Notes: generated by a model from the sequence alone, not told the origin. A stretch of DNA of 64,000 nt from an uncultured Alphaproteobacteria bacterium (GCA_934277435.1 CAKQUE010000001.1:385957-449956); one strand, 5' to 3'. Positions 19,426 to 28,937 are shown, counted from the stretch's first letter. A program made the numbers and translations.

Positions 19426-20376
19426 ATGTTTGATTTTCTCAAAGGTTTTGTATCGCCACAAAAATTGCGTCAAGCGGGCGTGTTGGGTATGAACGCACGC
19501 AACTATAATATTATTGCCAAATTTAACAAGCGTTCGCTTTATCCGCTGGTTGATGACAAGGTGCAGACTAAAAAGCTGGCAAACAGCATTGATATTAATA
19601 CTCCGCATATGATTGGTATTGTAGAACACCAATATGAAGTTAAAGACCTGCTGCAGCTGATTGAGGGACAGAGCGAGTTTGTGATAAAACCGGCTCATGG
19701 CAGTGAGGGTAAAGGTGTGCTGGTGGTGGCGCATTATGAAAACGGTATATTTACCACGCCGTCTGGAAAAGTATTGACCTTTAAAGAAGTGTATCAGCAT
19801 GTTTCAAATATTTTGAGCGGATTATATAGCTTGGGCGGACAATATGACGTGGCGCTGATTGAAGAACTGGTGCATTTTACCGATGTATTTAAAAACTTTA
19901 GTTACCAAGGGATTCCTGACGTACGCCTGATTGTTTATAAAGGCTATCCGGCTTTGGCAATGACCAGACTGGCAACCAAAGAATCTGCCGGCCGTGCTAA
20001 TTTGCACCAAGGAGCTGTCGGAGTCGGTTTGTCTATCAAAACCGGCAAAGCTGTGCAAGCCGTTAGCCACAATCTGCCGATTGCTTTACATCCCGATACC
20101 GGCGCCGATTTAATGCAGCTGCAAGTACCGCTATGGAAAGAACATCTGTTGATTGGAGCACAGGCGTATGAAATGACCGGACTTGGTTACTTGGGGGCGG
20201 ATATCGTTTTAGACCGCGACCGCGGACCGATGATGCTGGAATTAAACGCGCGTCCGGGGCTTTCTGTCCAGATTGCTAACGGTATTGGACTGCAGCCGAT
20301 TTTGCAAAAAATAGAAGAAACTTATCCAAAAGATTTGACGCCGCAAGAAAGAGTTGAGTTTGTCTTGAATAATTAA
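19426..20376 (+). CDS. RimK-related ATP-grasp alpha-L-glutamate-ligase-like protein
   Basis: ATP-grasp motifs (FVIKPAHGSEGKGVLV, LELNARPG). Start 2 nt after the upstream stop. Confidence 0.7.
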   Translation: MFDFLKGFVSPQKLRQAGVLGMNARNYNIIAKFNKRSLYPLVDDKVQTKKLANSIDINTPHMIGIVEHQYEVKDLLQLIEGQSEFVIKPAHGSEGKGVLVVAHYENGIFTTPSGKVLTFKEVYQHVSNILSGLYSLGGQYDVALIEELVHFTDVFKNFSYQGIPDVRLIVYKGYPALAMTRLATKESAGRANLHQGAVGVGLSIKTGKAVQAVSHNLPIALHPDTGADLMQLQVPLWKEHLLIGAQAYEMTGLGYLGADIVLDRDRGPMMLELNARPGLSVQIANGIGLQPILQKIEETYPKDLTPQERVEFVLNN

Positions 20377-20421
20377 AGACGACTTCCTAAATAGGATATT
20401 AGAAATGAAAGGAAGTAAAAA

Positions 20422-21027
20422 ATGACTGATTTATTAGGTAAATCTGATACAAAACATATTGAAAAACCAAACACCAAGCATTTGGAAAATAAAGAAACAA
20501 AAAAGCTGGGAATGAGCGATACTCGTGCAAAGAAAATTAAACATTCTTACAATGTTAAAGATGCAGAAAACGCGTTGCTTTTGAAAACTAAAAACGGGGA
20601 CATCGTTATTGAAATGTTTCCAAATGACGCTCCAAACCATGTTGCTCGTATAAAAGAACTTGTGCGTGACGGTTTTTATAACGGCTTAAAATTTCACCGT
20701 GTAATAGATGGTTTTATGGCGCAAACCGGAGATCCGCGCGGTAATGGTACCGGTGGCAGCGGTAAAAAGCTGAAAGCCGAGTTTAACCGCAATCGTCATA
20801 CTCGCGGCACGGTTTCTATGGCGCGGGCGATGGATCCGGACTCTGCTGATAGCCAATTCTTTATCTGTTTTGCTGATTGTCCATGGCTTGATGGCCAATA
20901 CACCATCTGGGGACAGGTGACTTCCGGTATGGAATATGTTGACCAAATTAAGCGAGGTTCCGGTTCAAACGGAATGGTTGCCGAACCGGATGTGATTGTG
21001 TCTATGTCTGTCATCGCAGATATATAG
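20422..21027 (+). CDS. ppiB: Cyclophilin-type peptidyl-prolyl cis-trans isomerase
   Basis: FHRVIDGFMAQTGDP and WLDGQYTIWGQV motifs. N-terminal basic extension. Confidence 0.9.
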   Translation: MTDLLGKSDTKHIEKPNTKHLENKETKKLGMSDTRAKKIKHSYNVKDAENALLLKTKNGDIVIEMFPNDAPNHVARIKELVRDGFYNGLKFHRVIDGFMAQTGDPRGNGTGGSGKKLKAEFNRNRHTRGTVSMARAMDPDSADSQFFICFADCPWLDGQYTIWGQVTSGMEYVDQIKRGSGSNGMVAEPDVIVSMSVIADI

Positions 21028-21400
21028 GGGAACTCGTCTAATGGTCTACTACTTTTAACTTTTTGTGCTTGTGTACCTCATTGTACACGGCGCAAAAAAG
21101 TTAATGCGTATTAGCCTCATTATCCAAGTCCCTGCGAGTTTGTGCCGGTTGCAGCAATAAGCAGCCGGTTTTTCTTATGTACTAGTTTGTACACTGCGCA
21201 AAAATCTTACTTCGCATTGAGCTCATTATCCGAGTTTCTTAAGAGCAAGAGCAATGCGAATAACGGCACATCTAAAGGCAATTTACGTTCGTTCAGAAAA
21301 TTCATGTACTTCTATGTACACTAGGATTTTCTTCAGAACTAGAGTTGCCTTTATCTGTACCATTATTCGCATTGCTTTATATGATTGTCACTGTTTTGTT
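21028..21400. repeat. Array A of the intergenic repeat family (about 3 units)
   Basis: Each unit has TGTAC-N6-TGTACA, then GCGCAAAAA..., then the hairpin GCCGGTTGC-loop-GCAGCCGG plus a T-run. Near-identical to 32190..32470. It starts with GGAACTCGTCTA directly after the ppiB stop. Confidence 0.85.
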
Positions 21401-21456
21401 TTTAGTTTGTGCCGATTGCAATAAAAATCTTAAAGAATGTTTTTTGTACAAAATTC

Positions 21457-21485
21457 TTGATATTTGGCAAAAACGTTATATAATC
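21457..21485 (+). promoter_or_regulatory. Sigma70-like promoter (TTGATA-16-TATAAT)
   Basis: Near-consensus hexamers upstream of the 21527 ORF. Confidence 0.5.
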
Positions 21486-21526
21486 ACTACATCATTTATA
21501 TTATTCATTTTTTAAATTATTATTTT

Positions 21527-22243
21527 ATGGAACATGTTAATCATTTTGCCGAGACTAATGCCGATGACAAATTAAAATCTATGATTTTTGATTGTATATC
21601 TGGTACATCGCTTGGAGTTTATGATGCCGAAAAGGTTATTTTACAGCTGCCGATTTGTGCCAGAGCTCCGCTTTTGGCCTTGTATTTTATGAGAATACGA
21701 GGAATTGAGAAGGATTGTACAGATAAACATCTTCGTTTTGTGCTGCTGTTGTCTTTGTTTCAGGTCGCCGTGCGGATTTTTGAACGCCATGTGCTTTACG
21801 GTACTTCAAATCGCTTTATTGGAACTGACCGTTTTGATAACAAAAATGTGAAACAGCTTATTACAAATTTGGGAATAAGACAGCAAACCAACACTTTTGA
21901 GCTGGATTCGGTTATTGACAACAATCCTTATTACAAAGAGGTTTTGTATGAAGTGAAGCATAATAATGCTCTCCTCAACTGCAATGTAAAAGCGACAATA
22001 TCTGATTATTTTGTAAAGAAAGTTATGCAATTTGTTGCTTTGTATGCTCAGGATGTGCGAACTTTTTATTCTATGGATGTGCAAACTTTTTATGTGCGTA
22101 CTAATCCATTGGTTTGCGATGAACAATTGTATAAACAATCTTGGATAAAATTCAAGCTACTGACTGTTAAAAGCTTGTTTTTCGTGAATGATTTGAGTGA
22201 AGAAGAGTTTGCTGAATTTTTTGAAAATTACAGCTTGCGTTAA
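21527..22243 (+). CDS. Hypothetical protein
   Basis: ORF with an ATG start at 21527. The 21464 start offered by the ORF track is a TTG. No recognised family. Confidence 0.5.
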   Translation: MEHVNHFAETNADDKLKSMIFDCISGTSLGVYDAEKVILQLPICARAPLLALYFMRIRGIEKDCTDKHLRFVLLLSLFQVAVRIFERHVLYGTSNRFIGTDRFDNKNVKQLITNLGIRQQTNTFELDSVIDNNPYYKEVLYEVKHNNALLNCNVKATISDYFVKKVMQFVALYAQDVRTFYSMDVQTFYVRTNPLVCDEQLYKQSWIKFKLLTVKSLFFVNDLSEEEFAEFFENYSLR

Positions 22244-22507
22244 AAATAAATCCCTTGTTTCTAAAATATAGAAACTGGGGATTTAATTTTTTTAGAATCC
22301 GAAAAATTAATAAAACTTTACATTGTGAATTATTTGAAAAAAAATTTTATAAGGCTATCTGATTGTTTTTTCATTGGCTTTTATTTTTATCTATATATTT
22401 TGTACGAACAAAAGTAGAACAGTTAATAAAATACTAAAAAATCCCATTGAAACCCATAAATTACCATGATATACCATAAATAAGAATTAACCCGAAAGGA
22501 ATCTGAC

Positions 22508-22975
22508 ATGAGAAAAGTTTTTCTCTTTATGGATACCATAACCAACAAAGTAGACGCGAAAGGTCGCGTTTCTTTGCCGTCAGATTATCGCGCAATTGTT
22601 AAAGAATTATCAACAGAGATTGTTTGCTATCGCAGCTTGAGTGCGCCTTGTATTGAAGGTTGCTTGGAGGATTCTTTGGATAAGCTGGCAACAGAAATTG
22701 AAAATTCTACAGATTTCTTTTCGGAAACTCAGGACAATTTAACTAATTTGATTTTTGGCGATGCTAAGCGTTTTCCGTTTGATAGCACAGGGCGAATCGT
22801 TTTGACCGAAAAATTATTGCAGCATGCCGGAATTACGGATTCGGCTGTTTTTGTGGGTAAAGGTCGTAAATTTCAAATTTGGAATCCAGAAAATTGGGCA
22901 AAAGAAGAGGCTCGCATCAGAGCCGAAGTGCTGAAAAACCGCCCAGTGTTAAAGCAAAACAGGGAGGCTGAATAA
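22508..22975 (+). CDS. mraZ: Transcriptional regulator MraZ
   Basis: Two MraZ repeats (DAKGRVSLP and DSTGRIVL). First gene of the dcw cluster. Confidence 0.9.
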   Translation: MRKVFLFMDTITNKVDAKGRVSLPSDYRAIVKELSTEIVCYRSLSAPCIEGCLEDSLDKLATEIENSTDFFSETQDNLTNLIFGDAKRFPFDSTGRIVLTEKLLQHAGITDSAVFVGKGRKFQIWNPENWAKEEARIRAEVLKNRPVLKQNREAE

Positions 22976-22976
22976 T

Positions 22977-23891
22977 ATGCCTGAAATCAGACAAAAACAT
23001 ATTCCTGTGATGCTGCAAGAGGTTTTGACTGCTCTAAAGCCGCAAAAAGGCGAAATTTATGTTGATGCAACGTTTGGTAACGGCGGCTATACAAAGGCAA
23101 TCTTAGAAAATACCGATTGTAAAGTTATTGCCTTAGACCGTGATCCAACTGTGAAAATACGCGTTAACGAATTTAAAAATATGTATGGCGACCGTTTTGA
23201 GTTTAGGGCTGGACAATTTGGTGATTTTGCTGATTTGGTGCCAGAAAAAATCAATGGCGCTGTATTTGATATCGGTGTGTCTTCTATGCAGCTAGATGAG
23301 GCTGAACGTGGGTTCTCATTCAGTAAAGAGGGTGCTTTGGATATGCGGATGTCGCAAAATGGAATATCGGCAAAAGATATTGTCAATAGCTATGATGAAG
23401 AGGCGCTGGCGGATTTGATTTATCAATATGGCGAAGAACGCAAATCACGGCAAATTGCTAAGCGAATCGTGGAATATCGCCAAAATAAAAAAATTGAAAC
23501 CACAACGGAATTAGCCGAAATTATATATTCGGTTATTCATAAAAAATTTGGCGAGATAGACCCAGCAACCAGAACTTTTCAAGCTCTGCGTATAGCCGTC
23601 AATGATGAATTGGGCGAACTTTCGCGCGGTCTATCTGGCGCGGCTAACCGTTTACAAAAAAACGGACGGCTGGTGGTGGTCGATTTTCATTCTTTAGAAG
23701 ATAGAATCGTAAAGAATTTTTTCAAAGAGAACGGAGGCAAGCGGATTCGGGTTTCTAAATACGCGCCGGAATTGCTGCAAGATGAGCATCTGTTTGCCGA
23801 AGTTTCTAAAGTTATTATGCCAACTGCGGAAGAATGCGGAAAAAATCCGCGCGCCCGCTCGGCAAAACTGAGATATGCGATAAGGGGATAG
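22977..23891 (+). CDS. rsmH: 16S rRNA (cytosine1402-N4)-methyltransferase
   Basis: HIPVML start, SAM-binding DATFGNGGY, DIGVSSMQLD. Confidence 0.95.
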   Translation: MPEIRQKHIPVMLQEVLTALKPQKGEIYVDATFGNGGYTKAILENTDCKVIALDRDPTVKIRVNEFKNMYGDRFEFRAGQFGDFADLVPEKINGAVFDIGVSSMQLDEAERGFSFSKEGALDMRMSQNGISAKDIVNSYDEEALADLIYQYGEERKSRQIAKRIVEYRQNKKIETTTELAEIIYSVIHKKFGEIDPATRTFQALRIAVNDELGELSRGLSGAANRLQKNGRLVVVDFHSLEDRIVKNFFKENGGKRIRVSKYAPELLQDEHLFAEVSKVIMPTAEECGKNPRARSAKLRYAIRG

Positions 23892-23894
23892 GAT

Positions 23895-24263
23895 ATGGGC
23901 AGTATCAAAACGGCAATGGTGGTTCTGTGGCTGACGTTTTTCTTGTTTTTAGCAGTTGGTTCTTCGGTGCTGAAAAATCAGGTGCAAGGATTGGAGCGCC
24001 GTCTGGCAACCATTAATGATAATATCCAAAAAGATATTCAGGATATTCACGTTTTGAAAGCTCAATGGAGTTTATATAACACTCCTGACCGTTTACAGAA
24101 ATTGGCTTATGAACAATTATCTTTAGAAAAAGCAAAACCTGAACAAATTATTAACTATTCTGCATTACATTTCAATTATGAAGATGATACAGCCGAAGGG
24201 AAAGTTTCACCAAACAAAAAAGCTTTGACAACTTTGGTAAAAGCAGAGGTAAAAAAGAAATAA
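23895..24263 (+). CDS. ftsL: Cell division protein FtsL (alphaproteobacterial type)
   Basis: Single TM helix, coiled-coil region, position between rsmH and ftsI. Confidence 0.65.
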   Translation: MGSIKTAMVVLWLTFFLFLAVGSSVLKNQVQGLERRLATINDNIQKDIQDIHVLKAQWSLYNTPDRLQKLAYEQLSLEKAKPEQIINYSALHFNYEDDTAEGKVSPNKKALTTLVKAEVKKK

Positions 24264-24264
24264 A

Positions 24265-26037
24265 ATGGGGTTCAATGTAAGTTTTTCTAAGAAAAATACG
24301 GAGCGTTTTTATCTCCCAGGACAGGAGATAAAGTTTTCGCGCGGTATGATTTCGCAGAAAATATTTGCATCGGACGGCGACAATGTGATGGTGTGTCGAA
24401 CCAGAATTTGGCTGGCAATGCTTTTGTTTGCCGCTTGTTATTGTGTTTTGGCGGCGCGTGTTACCTATGTTTGTTTGGGGCATGGGATTAGTATTGATAC
24501 CGCAGTGGCCGATTCTTTGGGTGATGAAGAAGTTATTCATTTTAAAAATCCGGTTAAACGCGCCGATATCATGGATAGAAATGGTGAAATTCTGGCGACT
24601 TCATTGCCGACAGTCAATTTGTTTGCCAATACTAAATTAATTAAAAATCCGCAAGATGTGGCGGAAAAGCTTAATGTTATTTTTCCAGAAATTTCATATG
24701 AGCGTTTGAATGAGCTTTTAAGCCGTAAAAAGAGCTTTGTTTATTTGAAAAGAAATTTATCACCGTCGCAGCAGTCGCAGGTTAATGCTTTGGGTGTTCC
24801 GGGGTTGGAATTTGAAAATTGTGAAAAACGTATATATCCGCATAATAATTTATTTGCTCATGTGCTAGGAAATACCAGCGTTGACAATAAAGGCGTTTCC
24901 GGTTTGGAACGCTATATGGATGAGCGCTTGACCACTTCTACCAAACCGGTGAAATTATCGGTTGATTTAGGTATTCAAAACACAATCCGAGCTGAACTTG
25001 AAGCCGGAGTTGCACATTTTAAAGCCGAAGGCGCGGCGGCAATTTTGATGGATGTTAACACCGGACAAATAGTGGCTATGACATCTGTGCCGGATTTTGA
25101 CCCTAATAAAAGTCTGAAAGTTGCCGATAGAGCAATGTTTAACTTTGCCACCAAAGGCGTTTATGAGGCTGGTTCGGTGTTCAAAGTATTTAATACGGCA
25201 ATGTGTTTGGACAGCGGCAAAATAGATGTCAATAGCCGCTTTGATACTTCTAAGCCGATTTATTTTGGTCGCGCCAGAGTTTCTGACCCGCATGGCTCGC
25301 ATAAAATGCTGACACCGGAAGATATTTTAGTGGAGTCGTCAAATATTGGTTCAACGTTGGAGGTTATGCAGGTTGGCAAGCAGTATCAACGTGAGTTTTT
25401 CCAAAAAATAAATATGGATAAATCTTTAAGCGATTTTGAAGTGATAGAAACTGCTAAGCCTCTGTTTTTATCTGAAAAACGTTGGAGTGAACATACAATG
25501 GCCACAATTAGTTACGGCTATGGTATTTCAACCACGCCGCTGCATATTATTTCGGCCTTTTCGGCCATTGTGAACGGCGGAATTTATAATGAACCGACTC
25601 TGCTGGCAAACAGCAAAAAACAGGGTAAGAGAATCGTTTCTAGCGAAACATCAGAAAAAATGCGTTCGTTGCTGCGCGCGGTTGTGGTTAGGGGAACAGG
25701 TCGCCGTGCTAATGTTGACGGCTATCAGGTGTTTGGCAAAACCGGAACGGCAGATAAATTGGTTAACGGCCGCTATGACCATAAGAAAAGTATTTCAACT
25801 TTTGTTTCCGGATTTCCGGCATCTAATCCAAAGTATGCGCTTTTGGTGGTTTTTGATGACCCCAAAGGCTTGAAAGAAACATTTAACCATACCGAAGCAG
25901 GTTGGAACGCTGTGCCGACAGCCAAAAATATTATTACCGCGGTTGCCCCGCAGCTAAATATTAAAGCTGATTTTGATTTGGAAAAGCAAAAGAGCATTGT
26001 CGATGCCGCATATAAACAAAAAAAATTGGCAAAATAG
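24265..26037 (+). CDS. ftsI: Peptidoglycan D,D-transpeptidase FtsI (PBP3)
   Basis: SxxK (GSVFK), SSN (ESSNIG), KTGT motifs and an N-terminal TM anchor. Exact start is uncertain (24265 or the downstream Met near 24346). Confidence 0.9.
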   Translation: MGFNVSFSKKNTERFYLPGQEIKFSRGMISQKIFASDGDNVMVCRTRIWLAMLLFAACYCVLAARVTYVCLGHGISIDTAVADSLGDEEVIHFKNPVKRADIMDRNGEILATSLPTVNLFANTKLIKNPQDVAEKLNVIFPEISYERLNELLSRKKSFVYLKRNLSPSQQSQVNALGVPGLEFENCEKRIYPHNNLFAHVLGNTSVDNKGVSGLERYMDERLTTSTKPVKLSVDLGIQNTIRAELEAGVAHFKAEGAAAILMDVNTGQIVAMTSVPDFDPNKSLKVADRAMFNFATKGVYEAGSVFKVFNTAMCLDSGKIDVNSRFDTSKPIYFGRARVSDPHGSHKMLTPEDILVESSNIGSTLEVMQVGKQYQREFFQKINMDKSLSDFEVIETAKPLFLSEKRWSEHTMATISYGYGISTTPLHIISAFSAIVNGGIYNEPTLLANSKKQGKRIVSSETSEKMRSLLRAVVVRGTGRRANVDGYQVFGKTGTADKLVNGRYDHKKSISTFVSGFPASNPKYALLVVFDDPKGLKETFNHTEAGWNAVPTAKNIITAVAPQLNIKADFDLEKQKSIVDAAYKQKKLAK

Positions 26038-26232
26038 CGACCTTTGGCAGTTATTTTGGCATAAAAACAAAAAATATGCACAAATTTTATAAATAATCGC
26101 ATTTTTTTTATTTTTGTTATTGAAAAATTTACAAATATTTCTTAAATTACCAACTGTATTAGTTGTTATGCAATTAAATAAACGTTTGTAGAAATGCAAA
26201 CAAAATGTAAAAAACCATATGGAGAAAATAAA

Positions 26233-26697
26233 ATGAAAAAACTTTTAAGTTTGTTCTGCGCACTTGTTGCTTTGTCTGGCTGCTCTACTTTTGGCGCTGA
26301 CGGTGGCTTGTTCAGCGGTGCTGACTGCGAATCAAGATTGGCTCGTGACTTTGTAGAAAATACAACAGACACAGTATTCTTCGCATTTGATAGTTCTTCT
26401 TTGTCTGCAGAAGCTCAAGCTGCTTTGGATACTCAAGTTGCTTGGTTGAAGAAACATGACGATGTAAACGTTATTGTTCAAGGTCACTGCGATGACAGAG
26501 GTACTCGTGAATACAACTTGGCTTTGGGTGAACGCCGTGCCAACGCTGTAAAACAATACTTGGTATCTCAAGGTATTGAAGAAAGCAGAATTTCTACAAT
26601 TTCTTACGGTAAAGAAAGACCAGCTGTTTTGGGTAACAACGAAGCTGCTTGGGCTCAGAACCGTCGTGCAATTACAGTTGTTAGCGCAGCTGAATAA
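26233..26697 (+). CDS. pal: Peptidoglycan-associated lipoprotein Pal
   Basis: Lipobox LSGC. OmpA-like domain (NVIVQGHCDDRGTREYNLALGERRANAV). GGAG RBS before the ATG at 26233. Confidence 0.9.
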   Translation: MKKLLSLFCALVALSGCSTFGADGGLFSGADCESRLARDFVENTTDTVFFAFDSSSLSAEAQAALDTQVAWLKKHDDVNVIVQGHCDDRGTREYNLALGERRANAVKQYLVSQGIEESRISTISYGKERPAVLGNNEAAWAQNRRAITVVSAAE

Positions 26698-26721
26698 TCA
26701 GACAGTTTGATTACCAAATAT

Positions 26722-26754
26722 AAAGGCGCTGCCGAATCGGTGGCGCCTTTTTTG
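26722..26754 (+). terminator. Rho-independent terminator after pal
   Basis: aaaggcgc-loop-gcgccttt followed by tttt. Confidence 0.8.
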
Positions 26755-26855
26755 TGTGTTGCGCCTATTTATAGAATAAACTTGACAGAGTCTATTGTTT
26801 TACTTATAGTCAACGCACTTAGCAATTATTTATGGTATAATTAAATTTACTTATT

Positions 26856-27839
26856 ATGGAAACAAAATTTGAAACTCTTTCTCACGATGCTGTTTTGGGA
26901 GAAATGAAAATGTGGTATGACAACGGTTGCAGAAAGTACGCAGATTATGAAACGCTGTGGCAAATGTTCCGCACTGTTGTTGCCTCAAGCAGTTATGGTT
27001 CTTCCGAATTTGGCGGTCCGGTTTGGATTATGGATTTCAGCCTTGCAAATCTTAAAAAACTTTTTCCTGATAATCCGTGGCTGGAAGCTATGGAAAAGGA
27101 AAAAAATATGTACGTCACCGCTGGAAAGGCTCTAAATCTGGCTAAATTTTCTGAGTGGTTTAAGTTCCGCGCAGAAAGTATGACTAAATTTTTGGGTTTG
27201 GGCAATGTTATCATTAAATATGAAACTGTTGCCGGTGAAGCGGTTATTTTGTATAGCTGGGGTGCTTTTTTGGATGCCGTAGAAAGTGTTGTTAGTGGCG
27301 TGGTAGAACGCCTTAGCTTTGGGTTGATGATTAAGTGGAATTTTTCTTTGCGCGAAAGCGAAGCCGTACGCAAAGGTAAGTTCTTTACCTGTCTAAACAC
27401 CGCTACTATGGTCAAAAAATATCCATGCGTTTCAGAAGATGCGGACGATGTTAAACACAGCGATGTTTATGGCGATGTTTATCGCTTAAAGCATTTTAGT
27501 TTGACAAAGGGCTATGTTGTTCCCGAGACTATTCCTGAAAAAATCTTGATGTTGGTCATCAATGATTTGATGGAAGGTATCGCTGAGGGATATGGCTGCG
27601 GGTTGGATAACAGTAGTTTGGTTTGTCCTTATCCCCACCTAAAGTATGATAAGTATCTTGACAGCATCGGAAGATGTGGACACCACTTTAAAACGACAAC
27701 CGATGTGTTCCGCTGGAGAAGAAAAGACTTTAGCATCGAGGAAATCAAAGTCGACTTGCCGAAGATTGATGAAAAATACGGCGAATTTTGGCATCGTCAG
27801 TTCCCGCCGAAACAAAATTGGCGCGAATTGAAAGACTAA
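26856..27839 (+). CDS. Hypothetical cytoplasmic protein inserted between pal and cpoB
   Basis: 327-aa ORF with no signal peptide and several Cys pairs. Flanked by strong terminators on both sides. Confidence 0.55.
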   Translation: METKFETLSHDAVLGEMKMWYDNGCRKYADYETLWQMFRTVVASSSYGSSEFGGPVWIMDFSLANLKKLFPDNPWLEAMEKEKNMYVTAGKALNLAKFSEWFKFRAESMTKFLGLGNVIIKYETVAGEAVILYSWGAFLDAVESVVSGVVERLSFGLMIKWNFSLRESEAVRKGKFFTCLNTATMVKKYPCVSEDADDVKHSDVYGDVYRLKHFSLTKGYVVPETIPEKILMLVINDLMEGIAEGYGCGLDNSSLVCPYPHLKYDKYLDSIGRCGHHFKTTTDVFRWRRKDFSIEEIKVDLPKIDEKYGEFWHRQFPPKQNWRELKD

Positions 27840-27860
27840 GTGTTCGTTTGTATATCGTTA

Positions 27861-27894
27861 AAAAAAAAGACTGCTTTTTTGCAGTCTTTTTTTG
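27861..27894 (+). terminator. Rho-independent terminator
   Basis: aaagactgc-tttttt-gcagtcttt followed by tttt. Confidence 0.8.
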
Positions 27895-27959
27895 TACTTG
27901 TACTAAGATAAAAAATATTTTATAAATAAGCTATGTTTAGAATTTTTAGGAGACATTTT

Positions 27960-28937
27960 ATGAAATCAGCAGCTTATTCTTTATTTTTTAGCGGTTTGTT
28001 GTTGGCTGTTCCGGCAATGGCAAATTCGGATATGCAAAAAGATATAGAAGATTTGCGTGAAGATTTAATGGTGTTGCAGCGTCAAATTTATCGCGGTGTA
28101 GGTAATACAGGTGAAGTTTCAAAATCAACAACCGTTACTCAAAATCAAGAGGCGGCTGGAAATGTACAGGTTAAAATAGGTGAATATGATGAAACAATCC
28201 GCAAAGTTAACGGCCGTATGGATACATTGGAATATCAGGTAAAACAGCTGGAAAATAAGCTTGATAAAATAAACCGCGATATGGAAATCCGTTTTAAAAT
28301 ATTGGAAGGACGTCCGGTTCCGGCAAATTTGAGCGCGCCAACACCAACAATTCCAACTACATACGATGCTCCGGTGGCCTCTGGTGCGTCTAAGGCTGTA
28401 ACCGGAGATGGTATTCAGGGCGATGATTTAGCTCCGATTGCTGGTTCTAATGTGGCAGCTCCAAAGAATCTTCCTGCCGGCGGCGATGGTGCCCCGCAGC
28501 CGCTGATTACAGATGTTGCCGAGGCTAAACCGGCGGCAAATTCTCAATCTAAATCAGCAGATGAAATTTATGCCAACGGGATGGAAGCGCTGAACGGTGG
28601 ATTGTATGACGAAGCAGAGATGGCTTTTCAGCAGATATTAACACAATCGCCAAACGATAAGCTGGCTGGTAACGCTCAATATTGGTTGGGCGAAACCTAT
28701 TTAAAACGCGGAGATTATTCAAAGGCTATTGTGGCTTTTAAAAACGGTTATGAAAAATATAAAAACGGTAACAAGGCTCCGGATAGCTTGTTTAAGTTAG
28801 GGCTTACATTTAAGGCGCAAAAAGATAATCAAAAAGCTTGTATTGTATTATCAAGCTTTAAAGCTGAGTTTCCAAAAGCTAATGCAGATTTGGCTAAACG
28901 AGTGCAAGCAGAAGCGTCTAAACTCGGGTGCAAATAG
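27960..28937 (+). CDS. cpoB: Cell division coordinator CpoB (YbgF), TPR protein
   Basis: Signal peptide, N-terminal coiled coil, C-terminal TPR (YWLGETYLKRGDYSKAIVAFKNGYEKY). Position downstream of pal. Confidence 0.8.
   Translation: MKSAAYSLFFSGLLLAVPAMANSDMQKDIEDLREDLMVLQRQIYRGVGNTGEVSKSTTVTQNQEAAGNVQVKIGEYDETIRKVNGRMDTLEYQVKQLENKLDKINRDMEIRFKILEGRPVPANLSAPTPTIPTTYDAPVASGASKAVTGDGIQGDDLAPIAGSNVAAPKNLPAGGDGAPQPLITDVAEAKPAANSQSKSADEIYANGMEALNGGLYDEAEMAFQQILTQSPNDKLAGNAQYWLGETYLKRGDYSKAIVAFKNGYEKYKNGNKAPDSLFKLGLTFKAQKDNQKACIVLSSFKAEFPKANADLAKRVQAEASKLGCK

Noticed and set aside
21028-21400. Repeat arrays considered as degenerate tRNA/rRNA fragments or prophage att sites
   Set aside because: No cloverleaf-compatible segments or rRNA-like motifs are present. 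The units are tandem and about 105 bp with internal hairpins, unlike an att core. They are left as an unclassified repeat family.
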